Shown in pieces: positions 50,764-61,042 of a stretch of DNA of 64,000 nt. This DNA comes from an uncultured Pseudomonadota bacterium (GTDB lineage Bacteria; Pseudomonadota; Alphaproteobacteria; JACZXZ01), in NCBI GenBank assembly GCA_963749075.1, contig CAVVLJ010000020.1:480001-544000 (forward strand), read 5' to 3'. The translations under genes were made by a program, and so were the position numbers. The number at the start of each line of letters is the position of its first letter. Position 1 is the first letter of the stretch. Under the pieces are notes generated by a model. The model saw nothing but the letters and a program-made list of their open reading frames with translations, was not told the origin of the DNA and made no database searches.

Positions 50764-53749
50764 CTATTTCCCGAACAACCCCTTGATGGCGTTGCCGATA
50801 TTCTTCACCGCGGGCGCCTGGCTGCCGCCCGCGGCGCCGCCCGGGATCGGCAGGCCCAGGCCCTTGGCCGCGTTGCCGAGGTTCGCGGGCAGGTTCTTCA
50901 GCCGCGCGGGGTCCTTCATGACCTGCGCGAGGACGGACTTCCAGTCGGCCTGGTAGCTCGGATTGCTCCATGGGCCGGTGATCTTGACCGGAATCGGGAT
51001 GCCGCTGAGCGAGTCACTGCCGCCTTGGCCTTGGGTTGAGGCTACGAGCGTGGCCTCGACGGTGTAGTCGAGCGTGCGCGGCGGGAAGGGAACGGTCCCC
51101 TTGCCGGTGAGGCGCACGAGCGGCGCCAGCATCTTGAGATCGCCGTTGCTCAGCACGCCGGCCTTCATCGCGAAAGTGCCGCTGAGCTCCGAGAAATCCG
51201 TCTTCTGCGTCTCGGAGCTGCCGAAGCCGAGGCTGCCGGCCTGGCGCAGCATGGCCGGGAGATCGATGCCGTGAATGGCGCCGTTGGTGATCTTGAACTG
51301 GCCCTTGCCTTGAAGCGTGCCGACGAGCTCCTTCTCGCTCCGCCCGCTGCCTGCCACGCTCATCTCGTAATCCGTGGTGCCGGAGAGCCGGCTGCTGCCG
51401 GCGAAGGTCTTGAGGAGCGGCTCTGCCTCTACGCCGGCGACGGTCGCCTGATAGGCGAGCTTCGGCACCGCGCCCGTGGCATCGAGCGACACCTTGGCGC
51501 CGATCGTGCCCTTGGCAAGGGCGAGCTTGCCGATCGTTACGGTAAGCACCTTGTTGGCGAGCGTGGTCTTGATCTCGCCCTCGGTGATGTCGAGATCGCG
51601 GTAGTGCGTCGAGGCGAGCTCGATGGTGAGATCGCCGTTGCCGTCCGCCAGCGAGGCGAGGTCGTAGGGCTCGGCGCTCCAGCCCGCGGCCGGTGCTGCC
51701 GCAGGTGCTGCGCCCTTGGCGCCGGGCGCGGCCGCCTGGCCCGTGCTGGACGGCAGGTAGGCGTTGAGATCCGCCTGCTGGACGCTGAGCTTGCCGGTAA
51801 AGGTGGGAACCTTCTGCGAGCCGTCGAGCTGCATCGCGGCCGTGACCTTGATCGCCTTGCCGGTGATCGAGGCGTCCTTGAGCGTGAGCTTGGCGCCGTC
51901 GCTCGCGAGCGTCGCATGGATCTTGAGCGGCCCGGGGTCCGGCTGCTTGGGGTCGAGCGGGTTGTCGAGCCAGGCCGCGAGCTTGGCGACGGAGGCTACG
52001 TCGACGTCGAAGGTGCCGTCGATGCCCGGCACCGGCTGCTTGAGCTGCACCTCGCCCGCGTAGTTGAGCGAGGCGAGCGCCGAGGCGAGGGCGATCTTGG
52101 CCGGGAAGCGCTCGCCCGCGAACATCTTCTGCAGCGGGCCGAGCGTGGCGTCCGTCGTCACCGCCTGGCCGTTGTAGTTGAGGCTGGCCTTGAGCGTCGG
52201 CTGCTTATCGAGGCCCGGAAGATCGACCTCGAGCTTGAGGCCGGAGATGGCGTGGGCAGCCGCCTCCTTGACGTTGACGCCGCCGAGGTCGAGCGCCAGC
52301 TTGCCGCTCAGGCCCGCGAAGAGGGCGCGCGGGGTGGTCCCCCGGGCCGCGGCGTCGAGGGTTGCCGAGACGGCGCCGCTCGCGGGCGTGCCTGCGAGGG
52401 CCGCCAGCTTGTCGACCGTCACGTGGTCGATCTTCATGCTGGCGGCGAGCGCCAGAGCATTCTGCGTGGCGTCGAGCTTCACGCCGCCCTTGACGCTGCC
52501 GCCGTAAAGCTGCAGATCGGCGAGCTCCGCATCGAGCACGCCGCCCTTCGCCGTGGCGCTCAAGGCCGTGTTGCCGAGCACGTAGCCCATGGCCTTGACG
52601 CCGGTCAGCGTCACCTTCACGTCGGCATCGATCTTGCGCAGTGCCTCGAGGTCGAACGGCTTGTCGGAGAGCGCTGCCGCCAGGCTTTTCCCCGGCGGTG
52701 CTGCGATCCCCGGCGCTGCCGCCGCGGCCTTGGGCGGCGGCGGCAGGTAGCGGTCGAGGTCGAGCATCGAGCTGTCGACGGCAAGCGAGAGCTTGGTCAC
52801 CGGGCCGCTCTCGTCCAGGCTCCCGCTGGCGCTCGCCTTGAGCGCCGTGCCTTGGAGCGTGGCCTCCTTGAGCGCCGACGTGCTGCCGTTCGAGGCGAAG
52901 ACGGCGTGGATCGTGACGGGCCCCGGATCGGCTTGCGCCTTGTCGAGCGGGCGGTGGAGCCAAGCCATGAGCCGGCCGACCGAAGGCACGCTCAAATCGA
53001 AGGTGCCGTCGAGGCCGGGCACCGGGCGCTGCTGCGCGCCGCCGTCGAATTTCGCCGTGAGCTCTTTCGTCGTCACCGCCAGCTTCACCTTGGCCTGCTG
53101 GCCTTGCGAGAGGCGGGCGAGGGAGTCAAGCGAGGCATCGAGCGTGAGCGGCTCGTCGTTGAGCGTCATGCTGCCTTTGAGCGTCATCGGGCTGGAGACC
53201 GCGGCCATCGCCGCGTCGAGCGAGACGTTCTTGGCCTCGATGGTCTGGCCGGTGGTGGCGTCGCTGTAGGCGACATGCCCGCCCGCGATCTTCACGTCGC
53301 CGAGACTGAGCCCTCCCAACCCTCCGCCGGAGGGCGCCGCTCCCGCTGCCGCCGGAGCCGCCCCGCTCGCGCCCGCGAAGCGCCAATTGGGCGTGCCGGC
53401 CTTGTTCACCTCAAGCGTGAGCGACGCATTCGTGACGGTGAGCTGGTCGATGACGAGGCGGCCGCCGATGAGCGGCCAAAGCTCAGCCTCGAGCGAGAGA
53501 TCGCCGATCGACAGCATCTCGGGCGCCGTCATGCCGGGTGCGTTGGCGAGGTGGACGCCTGCCGCACTCACGCGCAGCTCGGGCAAGCAGCGACAGGCTC
53601 AGCGCGCCGTCGATGCGCAGCTCGCGGCCGGTCGCCTGCCGCACGCTCGAAATGATCCACGGCTTGAAGTCGATGACGCTGGGGGCTGCGAAGACGGCTG
53701 CGACCAGAAGGACGATGACGCCGACAATGACGAGCGCCAGTTTTTTCAT
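50764..53749 (-). CDS. AsmA family protein with internal duplication, one frameshift near 53585
   Basis: N-terminal TM, QATGRELRIDG and C-terminal TDFSELSGTF...IPVKITGPWSNP. Removing one base from CTGCTTGCCC restores LLPEL. Confidence 0.85.
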
Positions 53750-53942
53750 GGTGTCCCGCCTTTCGTGCCGTTCTTGTCGTGCGCGCCGGGGCGCCCCGAG
53801 AGAGGCTCGCCCGGCCCTTTACTATATACGCTCGCCCCCTCGGCTCGCCAGGGGCCGTGGCCGGCGCGAACTCCGTCAAGCAGGCTGCGGCCGCGCCGGC
53901 GGATCGCGTAGGATGCGGCTCACGGGCGAGGGCGGAGGGATC

Positions 53943-56363
53943 GTGAGGAGGCTGCGGAATCTCGGACCGGCGTTCTGTCTCGTGGCGCTCCTTGCGGGAA
54001 GCATGCGCGCCGCCGCCGGCGAGGCGCCGGCGGTCTACGCCGTCAAAGGGCTGGTCCAGCCGGTCGAGGTGCTCTACGACCCGTGGGGCGTGCCGCATAT
54101 TTTCGCAAAGACGCTGGCGGACGCTTTTTTCGCGCAAGGCTTCGTGGCCGCGCGCGACCGGCTGTGGCAGATCGACTGGCACCGGCTGCGCGGCCTGGGC
54201 CGGCTCGCCGAGCGTCTCGGCCCTGCTCTGGTTCCCTATGACCGAGCCGCGCGCCTCTTCCTCTACCGCGGCGAGGAGGAGGCCGAATGGCAGGCCTACG
54301 GCCCGCGCATCAGGGAGATGGCAACCGCCTTCACCGCCGGCATCAACGCCTATGTGGCGCTCGTGCGCCAAGAGCCGGCTCTCCTGCCCGCGGAGTTCCG
54401 CTGGCTCGGCTATTTCCCGGAGCCGTGGCAGCCCGCCGACCTCTTCCGCCTGCGCTCCGACGGCGCCTCGGGCAACGCCGCGGCCGAGGTGCGGCGCGCG
54501 GAACTCGCCTGCCGCGGCGCGCTCGCCGCCGACGCCATCGCCCATCCCTTGTCGCCGCCGTGGCGCACCGCGGTCCCCGACGGCCTCGACCCCTGCTCGG
54601 TCACGCTCGGCGACCTCGAGCCTCGGCTGCTGCTGGGGGCGAGGCTGCCCCTCGCGGAAGCCGCCGGCAAAGCCGGTTGGCTCCCTTCCCGCGCCGCCGA
54701 GCGGCTTGCCCAAGGCGACGCCGGCCCGTCCGACCCCGCTGCGGCCGAGGGCAGCAGTGCCTGGGCCATCTCGGGCCGCCTCACGCGGAGCGGGCGCCCC
54801 ATCCTCGCCAACGACCCGCATCTCCGCCTCGGGGTGCCCTCGCCGCGCTACATCAGCCATCTGGTGGCACCGGGCCTCGATGCGATCGGCGCCGGATGGC
54901 CGGGGAGCCCGGGCATCCAGAACGGCCACAACGACCGCATCGCCTTCGGCCGTACCAACTTCGCCATCGATCAGGAGGACGTCTACGTCCTCGAGACCAA
55001 GCCGGGCGATCCCGAGCAATACCTCTACCAGGGGCGCTGGCAGCGCATGACGGTCGTCAACGAGGAGATCGCGGTCAAGGGCGGAGCCCCTGTGGCCGTC
55101 AAGCTGAAATACAGCCTCTTGGGGCCGATCGTGGCCGAGCATCCCCGGGCGAGGCGCGCCGTGGCGCTCAAGGCCACCTGGCTCGAGCCCGGTGCGGCGG
55201 TCCTCCTCCTCAACCTGCCGTACGACTTCGCGCGGGACTGGCAGAGCTTCAACGAGGCGCTCGGCTCGGCCAGCGTGGGCACCAACTATCTTTACGCGGA
55301 CGTGGACGGCAACATCGGCTGGCGGCCCGCCGGGCGCGTGCCGCTGCGCCCCCATCACGACGGCCTCTTGCCGGTTCCCGGCGACGGGCGCTACGACTGG
55401 GCAGGCCTCATGCCGCTCGCGGATTTGCCCAGCGCCTTCAATCCGCCCGAGGGCTGGCTTGCCAGCGCCAACGAGATGAACCTGCCGCCGGATTACCCCC
55501 ATGCTACGCGCAAGATCGGCTTCGAGTGGGGCGCGCCCGACCGCCACGCGCGCATCGTCGAGCTCTTGAAGGCGGGCTCAGCCTTCTCGCTCGCGGACAG
55601 CGTGGCCGTCCAGCACGACGTGCTCTCCGGGCGCGCGGTGCGGCTGGCGGCACTTCTTGGCGGACTGCACCCGGACGATGCCAAGCTGGTCCGCGCCATC
55701 GCCATGCTCGGTGCCTGGGACAAGCGGATGGCCGCCGACAGCGCGGCCGCGGCGCTCTTCGAGGTCTGGTGGGCGAAGCTGTGGCAGGGCTTGCGCGACA
55801 GCTTGATCCCCGAGCGTTTGCGCGGGCTGGTGCCCTTCGTCAATCCGAGCGTCGGCCTCGCAGCACTCGAGCACCCGGACGAGCGCTTCGGGCCCGAGCC
55901 TGCGGCGGCGCGCGACGCGCTCCTCTTGGCCGCACTCGAGAAGGCCGTCCAGGAGCTCGAGCAACGGCTCGGACCCGAGTGGGCGGCCTGGCGCTGGGGG
56001 CGCCTCCATACGGCGGCACTCCGGCATCCGCTGGCGGCCCTCCTCAAGGAGGATGAGCGCGCTGCTACGGCCATAGCAGGCGGCGAGACGGGAGGCGACA
56101 ACTCGACCGTGCTGGCGCGCTGGCTCGCGTCGCCCACGGCAAATGTGTCGGGCGGCGCCTCCTTCAGCATGGTGCTCGACGTGGGGAACTGGGACGCCTC
56201 GTTGGCACTCAACGCGCCGGGCCAGTCGGGCGATCCCGCGAGCGCCCATTATCGCGATCTCTATCCGCGCTGGCTCAAGGGCGAGATGTTCCCGCTCCTC
56301 TTCAGCCGGGAACGCATCGAGGCGGTCGCCGGGACGCGGCTCCTGCTGCGCCCGGCCAAGTGA
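53943..56363 (+). CDS. Penicillin acylase family Ntn-hydrolase (start uncertain)
   Basis: DPWGVPHI, QGFVAARDRLWQ, GSSAW (N-terminal nucleophile Ser), ANDPHL, YADVDGNIG and PGQSG. Confidence 0.88.
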   Translation: MRRLRNLGPAFCLVALLAGSMRAAAGEAPAVYAVKGLVQPVEVLYDPWGVPHIFAKTLADAFFAQGFVAARDRLWQIDWHRLRGLGRLAERLGPALVPYDRAARLFLYRGEEEAEWQAYGPRIREMATAFTAGINAYVALVRQEPALLPAEFRWLGYFPEPWQPADLFRLRSDGASGNAAAEVRRAELACRGALAADAIAHPLSPPWRTAVPDGLDPCSVTLGDLEPRLLLGARLPLAEAAGKAGWLPSRAAERLAQGDAGPSDPAAAEGSSAWAISGRLTRSGRPILANDPHLRLGVPSPRYISHLVAPGLDAIGAGWPGSPGIQNGHNDRIAFGRTNFAIDQEDVYVLETKPGDPEQYLYQGRWQRMTVVNEEIAVKGGAPVAVKLKYSLLGPIVAEHPRARRAVALKATWLEPGAAVLLLNLPYDFARDWQSFNEALGSASVGTNYLYADVDGNIGWRPAGRVPLRPHHDGLLPVPGDGRYDWAGLMPLADLPSAFNPPEGWLASANEMNLPPDYPHATRKIGFEWGAPDRHARIVELLKAGSAFSLADSVAVQHDVLSGRAVRLAALLGGLHPDDAKLVRAIAMLGAWDKRMAADSAAAALFEVWWAKLWQGLRDSLIPERLRGLVPFVNPSVGLAALEHPDERFGPEPAAARDALLLAALEKAVQELEQRLGPEWAAWRWGRLHTAALRHPLAALLKEDERAATAIAGGETGGDNSTVLARWLASPTANVSGGASFSMVLDVGNWDASLALNAPGQSGDPASAHYRDLYPRWLKGEMFPLLFSRERIEAVAGTRLLLRPAK

Positions 56364-56415
56364 GCGGCGATGGCGGGCTTGCGCCCGCGTGGGGCTTAAC
56401 CGAGGAGGACCGGAG

Positions 56416-57258
56416 ATGGGCATGCTTGAGGGCAAGGTGGCGATCGTGACGGGTGCCACGAGCGGGATCGGCGCGCGCACGGCCGAGCTTTTCGTGGAGG
56501 AGGGGGCAAAGGTCGTCCTCACCGGCCGGCGCAAGGCCGAAGGCGAGGCGATCGCCGGCCGGCTCGGTGCCGCCGCGGATTTCGTCGCCGCGGACGCCAC
56601 GAGCGAGGCCGATTGGCAGCGCGTCATGGGCCGCGTGCTCGAGCGCCACGGCCGGCTCGACGCGCTCTTCAACAATGCGGGCGGCCCGGCCGAGACCGGC
56701 GGCATCGAGGCCGTCACGGTCGCCGGCTTCGATGCGGCGATGGCCCTCCTCGTGCGCTCGGTCATGCTCGGCATGAAGCACGCGGCGCCGGTCATGAAGC
56801 GCCAGCGAGCGGGCTCGATCGTCAACAACGGCTCGATCGCCGCACACCTCGCCGGTTACTCGAGCTCCATGGTCTACGGCGCCGCCAAGGCGGCGGTGGT
56901 GCATCTCACGCGCTGCGTGGCGATGGAGCTCGGCGAGCACGGCGTGCGCGTCAATTCCGTGTCGCCCGGTGCCATCGCCACCGGCATCTTCGCCAAGGCG
57001 CTCGGCCTCAGCGACGCCGGCAAGGCCGACGCCATGGCGGAGCGCATGCACGGGCCCTTCGCCAAGGCGCAGCCCATCCCGCGCGCCGGCATGCCCGACG
57101 ACATCGCCCAGTGCGCCCTCTGGCTCGCCTCCGACCGCGCGAGCTTCGTCAACGGCGAGGACATCGTGGTCGACGGCGGCGCCATCCGCGGGCGCCTCTT
57201 CACGCCGCATCAGGAGAGCATCCGGCAAATGCGCACGGCGCTCGGCATCGGCGAGTGA
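56416..57258 (+). CDS. SDR family oxidoreductase
   Basis: TGATSGIG, NNAG, YGAAK and RVNSVSPG. Confidence 0.9.
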   Translation: MGMLEGKVAIVTGATSGIGARTAELFVEEGAKVVLTGRRKAEGEAIAGRLGAAADFVAADATSEADWQRVMGRVLERHGRLDALFNNAGGPAETGGIEAVTVAGFDAAMALLVRSVMLGMKHAAPVMKRQRAGSIVNNGSIAAHLAGYSSSMVYGAAKAAVVHLTRCVAMELGEHGVRVNSVSPGAIATGIFAKALGLSDAGKADAMAERMHGPFAKAQPIPRAGMPDDIAQCALWLASDRASFVNGEDIVVDGGAIRGRLFTPHQESIRQMRTALGIGE

Positions 57259-57273
57259 AGGGGCCGCGCCGGC

Positions 57274-57312
57274 TTGACGATCGGTTCATTCTGGCTATAG
57301 TCTGGCCAGAAT
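57274..57312 (+). promoter_or_regulatory. Sigma70 promoter with overlapping operator for the RelE/Phd operon
   Basis: TTGACG-N16-TATAGT; ATTCTGGC...GCCAGAAT inverted repeat around the -10; ATG 9 nt after the -10. Confidence 0.6.
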
Positions 57313-57604
57313 GCCGTTCGCAATCGCCTTGGCCCCGGAAGCCGCGGACGACCTGAGGATGCTCAAGGCCGGCGTCCGATCCGCGGTGCGGACGGCGCTC
57401 GAGAGGCATCTGAGGCACGCGCCGGCAAGGACGAGCCGTAGCCGCATCAAGCGGCTTCGCGGCATCCGCAGGCCGCAGTTCAGGCTTCGTATCGGCGACG
57501 TACGGGTGTTCTACGACGTCTCGGGATCGGTCGTCGAGGTCTTGGCGATCGTGGCAAAATCGGAGGCAGAGGCGTGGCTCATGCAATTCGGAAGTCCCGG
57601 GTGA
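57311..57604 (+). CDS. RelE/ParE family toxin
   Basis: LAPEAADDL, IKRLRG and FRLRIGDVRVFYDV. Confidence 0.85.
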   Translation: MPFAIALAPEAADDLRMLKAGVRSAVRTALERHLRHAPARTSRSRIKRLRGIRRPQFRLRIGDVRVFYDVSGSVVEVLAIVAKSEAEAWLMQFGSPG

Positions 57605-57849
57605 GGGAAGTTCCGCTGTCCGCGATCAAGGATGACCTGTCGCGCTACCTCCGCGAGGCGGGCAAAGAGGAAATCGTCATTACGCGCCACGGCAAACCGG
57701 CCGGCGTACTGATCGGCTTCGCATCCGAAGACGATTGGTTCGAATATCGGCTCGAAACCGATCCGCGTTTTCTCCGCCGGATCGAACAAGCGCGCGCAAG
57801 CTTACGCGCCGGACGCGGCGTTCGTGTCGAAGACTTGGATCCTGAGTGA
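57601..57849 (+). CDS. Phd/YefM family antitoxin
   Basis: IKDDLSRYLREA and EIVITRHGKPAGVL; GTGA overlap with the toxin stop. Confidence 0.87.
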   Translation: MREVPLSAIKDDLSRYLREAGKEEIVITRHGKPAGVLIGFASEDDWFEYRLETDPRFLRRIEQARASLRAGRGVRVEDLDPE

Positions 57850-57945
57850 CGGCGCGGCGCACGCATCTCGAAAGACATCGTTGTCGCAACAAATTATGCG
57901 TCGTTTCCGCGAAGCGGGTATGACGTCGCAGTTCATGAGCGCGCC

Positions 57946-58683
57946 TTAGGCGCCATCGCGCACGGCCACTGCGGCCGGCGCCTGCTGGAGTGCCTGAAGG
58001 ATCGCGGCGGCGCCCGCGAGCGTCTCGGGGAGCCCGATGTCGACGAAAGGGCTCGCGAAGGCGAGTGCCGAGACGCTCCCTCGGGCAATGGCGTCCGGCA
58101 GGAGCTCGCGCTCGAGCGATAGCGGCGCCAGCGGCCGCATGAGAAGCTTGCGCGCGACGAGCGCGATGCCGCCGTAGATGAGCCCAGGCCCGTGCGCTGC
58201 CGCCTTCTCGCGGAAGGCGGTCACCCGGGTGCCGGCGAGCTCGACGCTGCCGAAGCGTCCGGCATCGGACGCCTCGACGAGCGCCAGCGTCGCCTCCGCG
58301 CGCGTCTCCAGGTGGCGGCGGAGCAGAGCCCTGAGATCGAAGCAGAAGAGGCTGTCGCCGTTGGCCGCCAGCACCGGCTCGCTTTCCGTCAGCGGCAAGG
58401 CGTTGACGAGTGCTCCGCCCGTGCCGAGGGGGGTGGCCTCGCGCGCATAGGCGAGCGGCAGCGGCGGCGGGCTCAAGCGGTAATGCTCGACGAAGCGCTC
58501 GGCGCCAAAGCCAAGTGCCAAGACGGCCTGCCGCACGACGCCGCTCGCCGTGAGGGCCGCGAGGAGATGGTCGAGGAACGGCCGCCCGCCCACGCATGCT
58601 AACGGCTTGGGCAGGCCGCCGAGCACGGCTCCGAGCCGCGAGCCCTGCCCGCCGCAGAGGATGATGGCGTCGCTCGCGGCCAC
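57946..58683 (-). CDS. Sugar-phosphate nucleotidyltransferase (HddC-like)
   Basis: IILCGGQGSRL...PKPL, PLGTGGAL, NGDS and FVDIGLPE. Confidence 0.8.
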   Translation of the reverse strand: MAASDAIILCGGQGSRLGAVLGGLPKPLACVGGRPFLDHLLAALTASGVVRQAVLALGFGAERFVEHYRLSPPPLPLAYAREATPLGTGGALVNALPLTESEPVLAANGDSLFCFDLRALLRRHLETRAEATLALVEASDAGRFGSVELAGTRVTAFREKAAAHGPGLIYGGIALVARKLLMRPLAPLSLERELLPDAIARGSVSALAFASPFVDIGLPETLAGAAAILQALQQAPAAVAVRDGA

Positions 58684-58685
58684 GC

Positions 58686-59690
58686 TCAGCCGCCGACGCG
58701 GCCGGCGAGCGTCGAGCCCTCGAAGTCGATGGCGAAGCTGACGCAGGTGCGCTCCGCGAGCGCCGCGCGGAAGCGCTCCTGGCGATCGGGCGGCACCAGC
58801 ATGAGGAGGAAGCCGCCGCCGCCGGCACCGCACAGCTTGCCGCCCAGCGCACCCTCGGCCAGACAGCGCTCATAGAGCGCGTCGATCTCCGCCGAGCTTA
58901 TCTTGGTGGAGAGCCGCCGCTTGACCCGCCAGCTCTCGTCGAGGAGGCGGGCCAGCTCGCGGGGCAGCCGCTCGCCGCGCTCCGTCTCGAGCAGGCGCTG
59001 GCCCAGGTCGGCGAGCTCGACCAGGTGGGAGAGATCGGCGTCGATGCGGCGTGCCGAGGTGTTCTCGACCTGCTCCGCCGCCACCTCGCTTGCCTTGCGC
59101 TTGAGGCCGGTATCGACGAGCAGCATCCACTCCGCGAGCGCCTCGAGATCGGCGCCGACGATGGCGATCGGCCGTGCCGCGAACGGCGTGCCGTTGCGGA
59201 AGTCGAAGCGGTTGAAGCCGCCGAACGCGGCGTGGAGCTGGTCCTGCACGCCGACGAGCTCGCCGAGCACTTTCTGCTCGACGTAGATCGCCTCGCTCGC
59301 CAGCTCGAGCCTGCTGCTGGGGGTGCCTTTCAGGCCGGAGATCAGCCTGAGGAAGCCCACGGTGAAGGCGGATGAGCTGCCGAGCCCGGCGCTCGCCTTG
59401 AGATCGGTCTCTACGATGATGTCGAGCGGGCCGTCGCTCTGACAGCGGCCGAGGAGTGCCCGCACCACCGGGTGCTGCAGCTCGGCCGGATCGTTGACCG
59501 TCTCCACCTTCGAATAGCTGAGCCGGTAGCGGTAACCCAGGCGAGGGGCCAGGGGGCGGGCGGTGATATAGATGTACTTGTTGATGGCGAAGCCGATCAC
59601 CGCACCACGGTGCCGCTCGAAATAGGCGGGGTAATCGGTGCCGCCGCCGAACAAACTCACGCGCAGCGGCGTCCTCGAGGTCATTATCAT
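58686..59690 (-). CDS. GHMP kinase, D-glycero-alpha-D-manno-heptose-7-phosphate kinase (HddA)-like
   Basis: RTPLRVSLFGGGTD, GLGSSSAF, VGVQDQ and GGKLCGAGGGGF. Confidence 0.85.
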   Translation of the reverse strand: MIMTSRTPLRVSLFGGGTDYPAYFERHRGAVIGFAINKYIYITARPLAPRLGYRYRLSYSKVETVNDPAELQHPVVRALLGRCQSDGPLDIIVETDLKASAGLGSSSAFTVGFLRLISGLKGTPSSRLELASEAIYVEQKVLGELVGVQDQLHAAFGGFNRFDFRNGTPFAARPIAIVGADLEALAEWMLLVDTGLKRKASEVAAEQVENTSARRIDADLSHLVELADLGQRLLETERGERLPRELARLLDESWRVKRRLSTKISSAEIDALYERCLAEGALGGKLCGAGGGGFLLMLVPPDRQERFRAALAERTCVSFAIDFEGSTLAGRVGG

Positions 59691-59936
59691 TGCGGCACCA
59701 ACGCGAGGCGCTTCGGGTTGGCCCGGCTCCCGTTCTTGCGACACCCCCCGCCGCCGCTCGGTCGAGTCCGCCTGGCGAGCTGACTATTAGCGGCCGGGTG
59801 CGGGTTTGTCCAACCCAATCGGGGCCGCGGCGGGCGGGTTTTGCCCCCGGAGTTGCTTTTGCTCCGGCGAATTGCGAAAAAACGCCGGCGGCGGACCGGG
59901 CGGCGGGGGCCGTGGACGCTCCGGGGAAGGTTGGCG

Positions 59937-60869
59937 ATGCGCATTCTCGTGACCGGTGGTGCTGGCTATATCGGCTCGCTCCTGGTGCCGGCGCTGCTCG
60001 AGGCCGGGCATGAGGCGACTGTCCTTGATACGTTCGCCGACGGCGGCACCCAGCTCGCCGCCGCCTGCCGCCACGCCGGCTTCGCCCCCGTCCGCGGCGA
60101 CGCGCGCGACGAGCGCCTGCTCGACGAGCTGGTGCCCAGGGCCGACGTGCTGATCCCGCTCGCCGCCCTCGTGGGGGCGCCGCTCTCGGCGCGCGACGAG
60201 GTGGGGGCGAGGACGGTGAACCGCGACGCCGTCGTGGCACTCGTGAAGCGCACCGGTCGCGGCCAGATGCTGATCTTCCCCACCACCAACTCGGGCTACG
60301 GCATCGGCAGCAATGCAGCACTCTGCACCGAAGAGACGCCGCTCCGGCCGATCTCGCTCTACGGCACCACCAAGGCCGAGGCCGAGCGCGCGGTCCTGGA
60401 GAGCGGCAAGGGGACGTCCTTGCGCCTGGCGACGGTCTTCGGCATGTCGCCGCGCATGCGCCTCGACCTCCTGGTCAACGACTTCACCTACCGGGCCGTG
60501 AACGACCGCGCGCTCGTGGTCTTCGAGGGCCATGCCCGGCGCAACTTCATCCACGTGCGCGACGTGGTCGGCGCCTTCGAGCACGCGATCGCCAAGTACG
60601 CGAGCCTCGCCCGCGAGCCCTACAACGTCGGGCTCTCGGACGCCAATCTCTCCAAGCTCGAGCTCTGCGCCCGCATCAAGGAGCAGGTGCCGGGCTTCGC
60701 CTACCTCGAGGCGCCCATCGGCGAGGACCCGGACAAGCGCGACTACATCGTCTCGAACGCCAAGTTCGAGGCGACCGGCTGGCGCCCGCGCTGGTCGCTC
60801 GCCCAAGGCATCGCCGAGCTCATCAAGGGCTTCCGCATGCTGCGCAACAGCCGCTTCTCCAACGTGTGA
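59937..60869 (+). CDS. NAD-dependent sugar-nucleotide epimerase/dehydratase
   Basis: TGGAGYIG, YGTTK and LRLATVFGMSPRMRLDLLVNDF. Confidence 0.88.
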   Translation: MRILVTGGAGYIGSLLVPALLEAGHEATVLDTFADGGTQLAAACRHAGFAPVRGDARDERLLDELVPRADVLIPLAALVGAPLSARDEVGARTVNRDAVVALVKRTGRGQMLIFPTTNSGYGIGSNAALCTEETPLRPISLYGTTKAEAERAVLESGKGTSLRLATVFGMSPRMRLDLLVNDFTYRAVNDRALVVFEGHARRNFIHVRDVVGAFEHAIAKYASLAREPYNVGLSDANLSKLELCARIKEQVPGFAYLEAPIGEDPDKRDYIVSNAKFEATGWRPRWSLAQGIAELIKGFRMLRNSRFSNV

Positions 60870-60915
60870 GAGGGGGCGCGGCATCGGGCGGTATCGACGA
60901 TCTTCGATCCAAGGC

Positions 60916-61020
60916 GTACCCCCCACCCCAACCCTCCCCCTCAAGGGGGGAGGGGGTTTTCGTTGCCGTGCCAAGCACCTCCCCTCCCCCCTTGAGGGGG
61001 AGGGTCAGGGAGGGGGGTAC
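60916..61020. repeat. Inverted pair of REP-like palindromes between convergent genes
   Basis: GTACCCCCC...CCCTCCCCCTCAAGGGGGGAGGGG and its reverse complement ending GGGGGGTAC. Confidence 0.85.
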
Positions 61021-61042
61021 GACGCGGCGATGACGCCGCGGC

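Noticed and set aside
60916-61020. G-rich tract as a G-quadruplex or novel ncRNA
   Set aside because: Fully explained as an inverted pair of REP-like hairpins between convergent genes, probably acting as a terminator.
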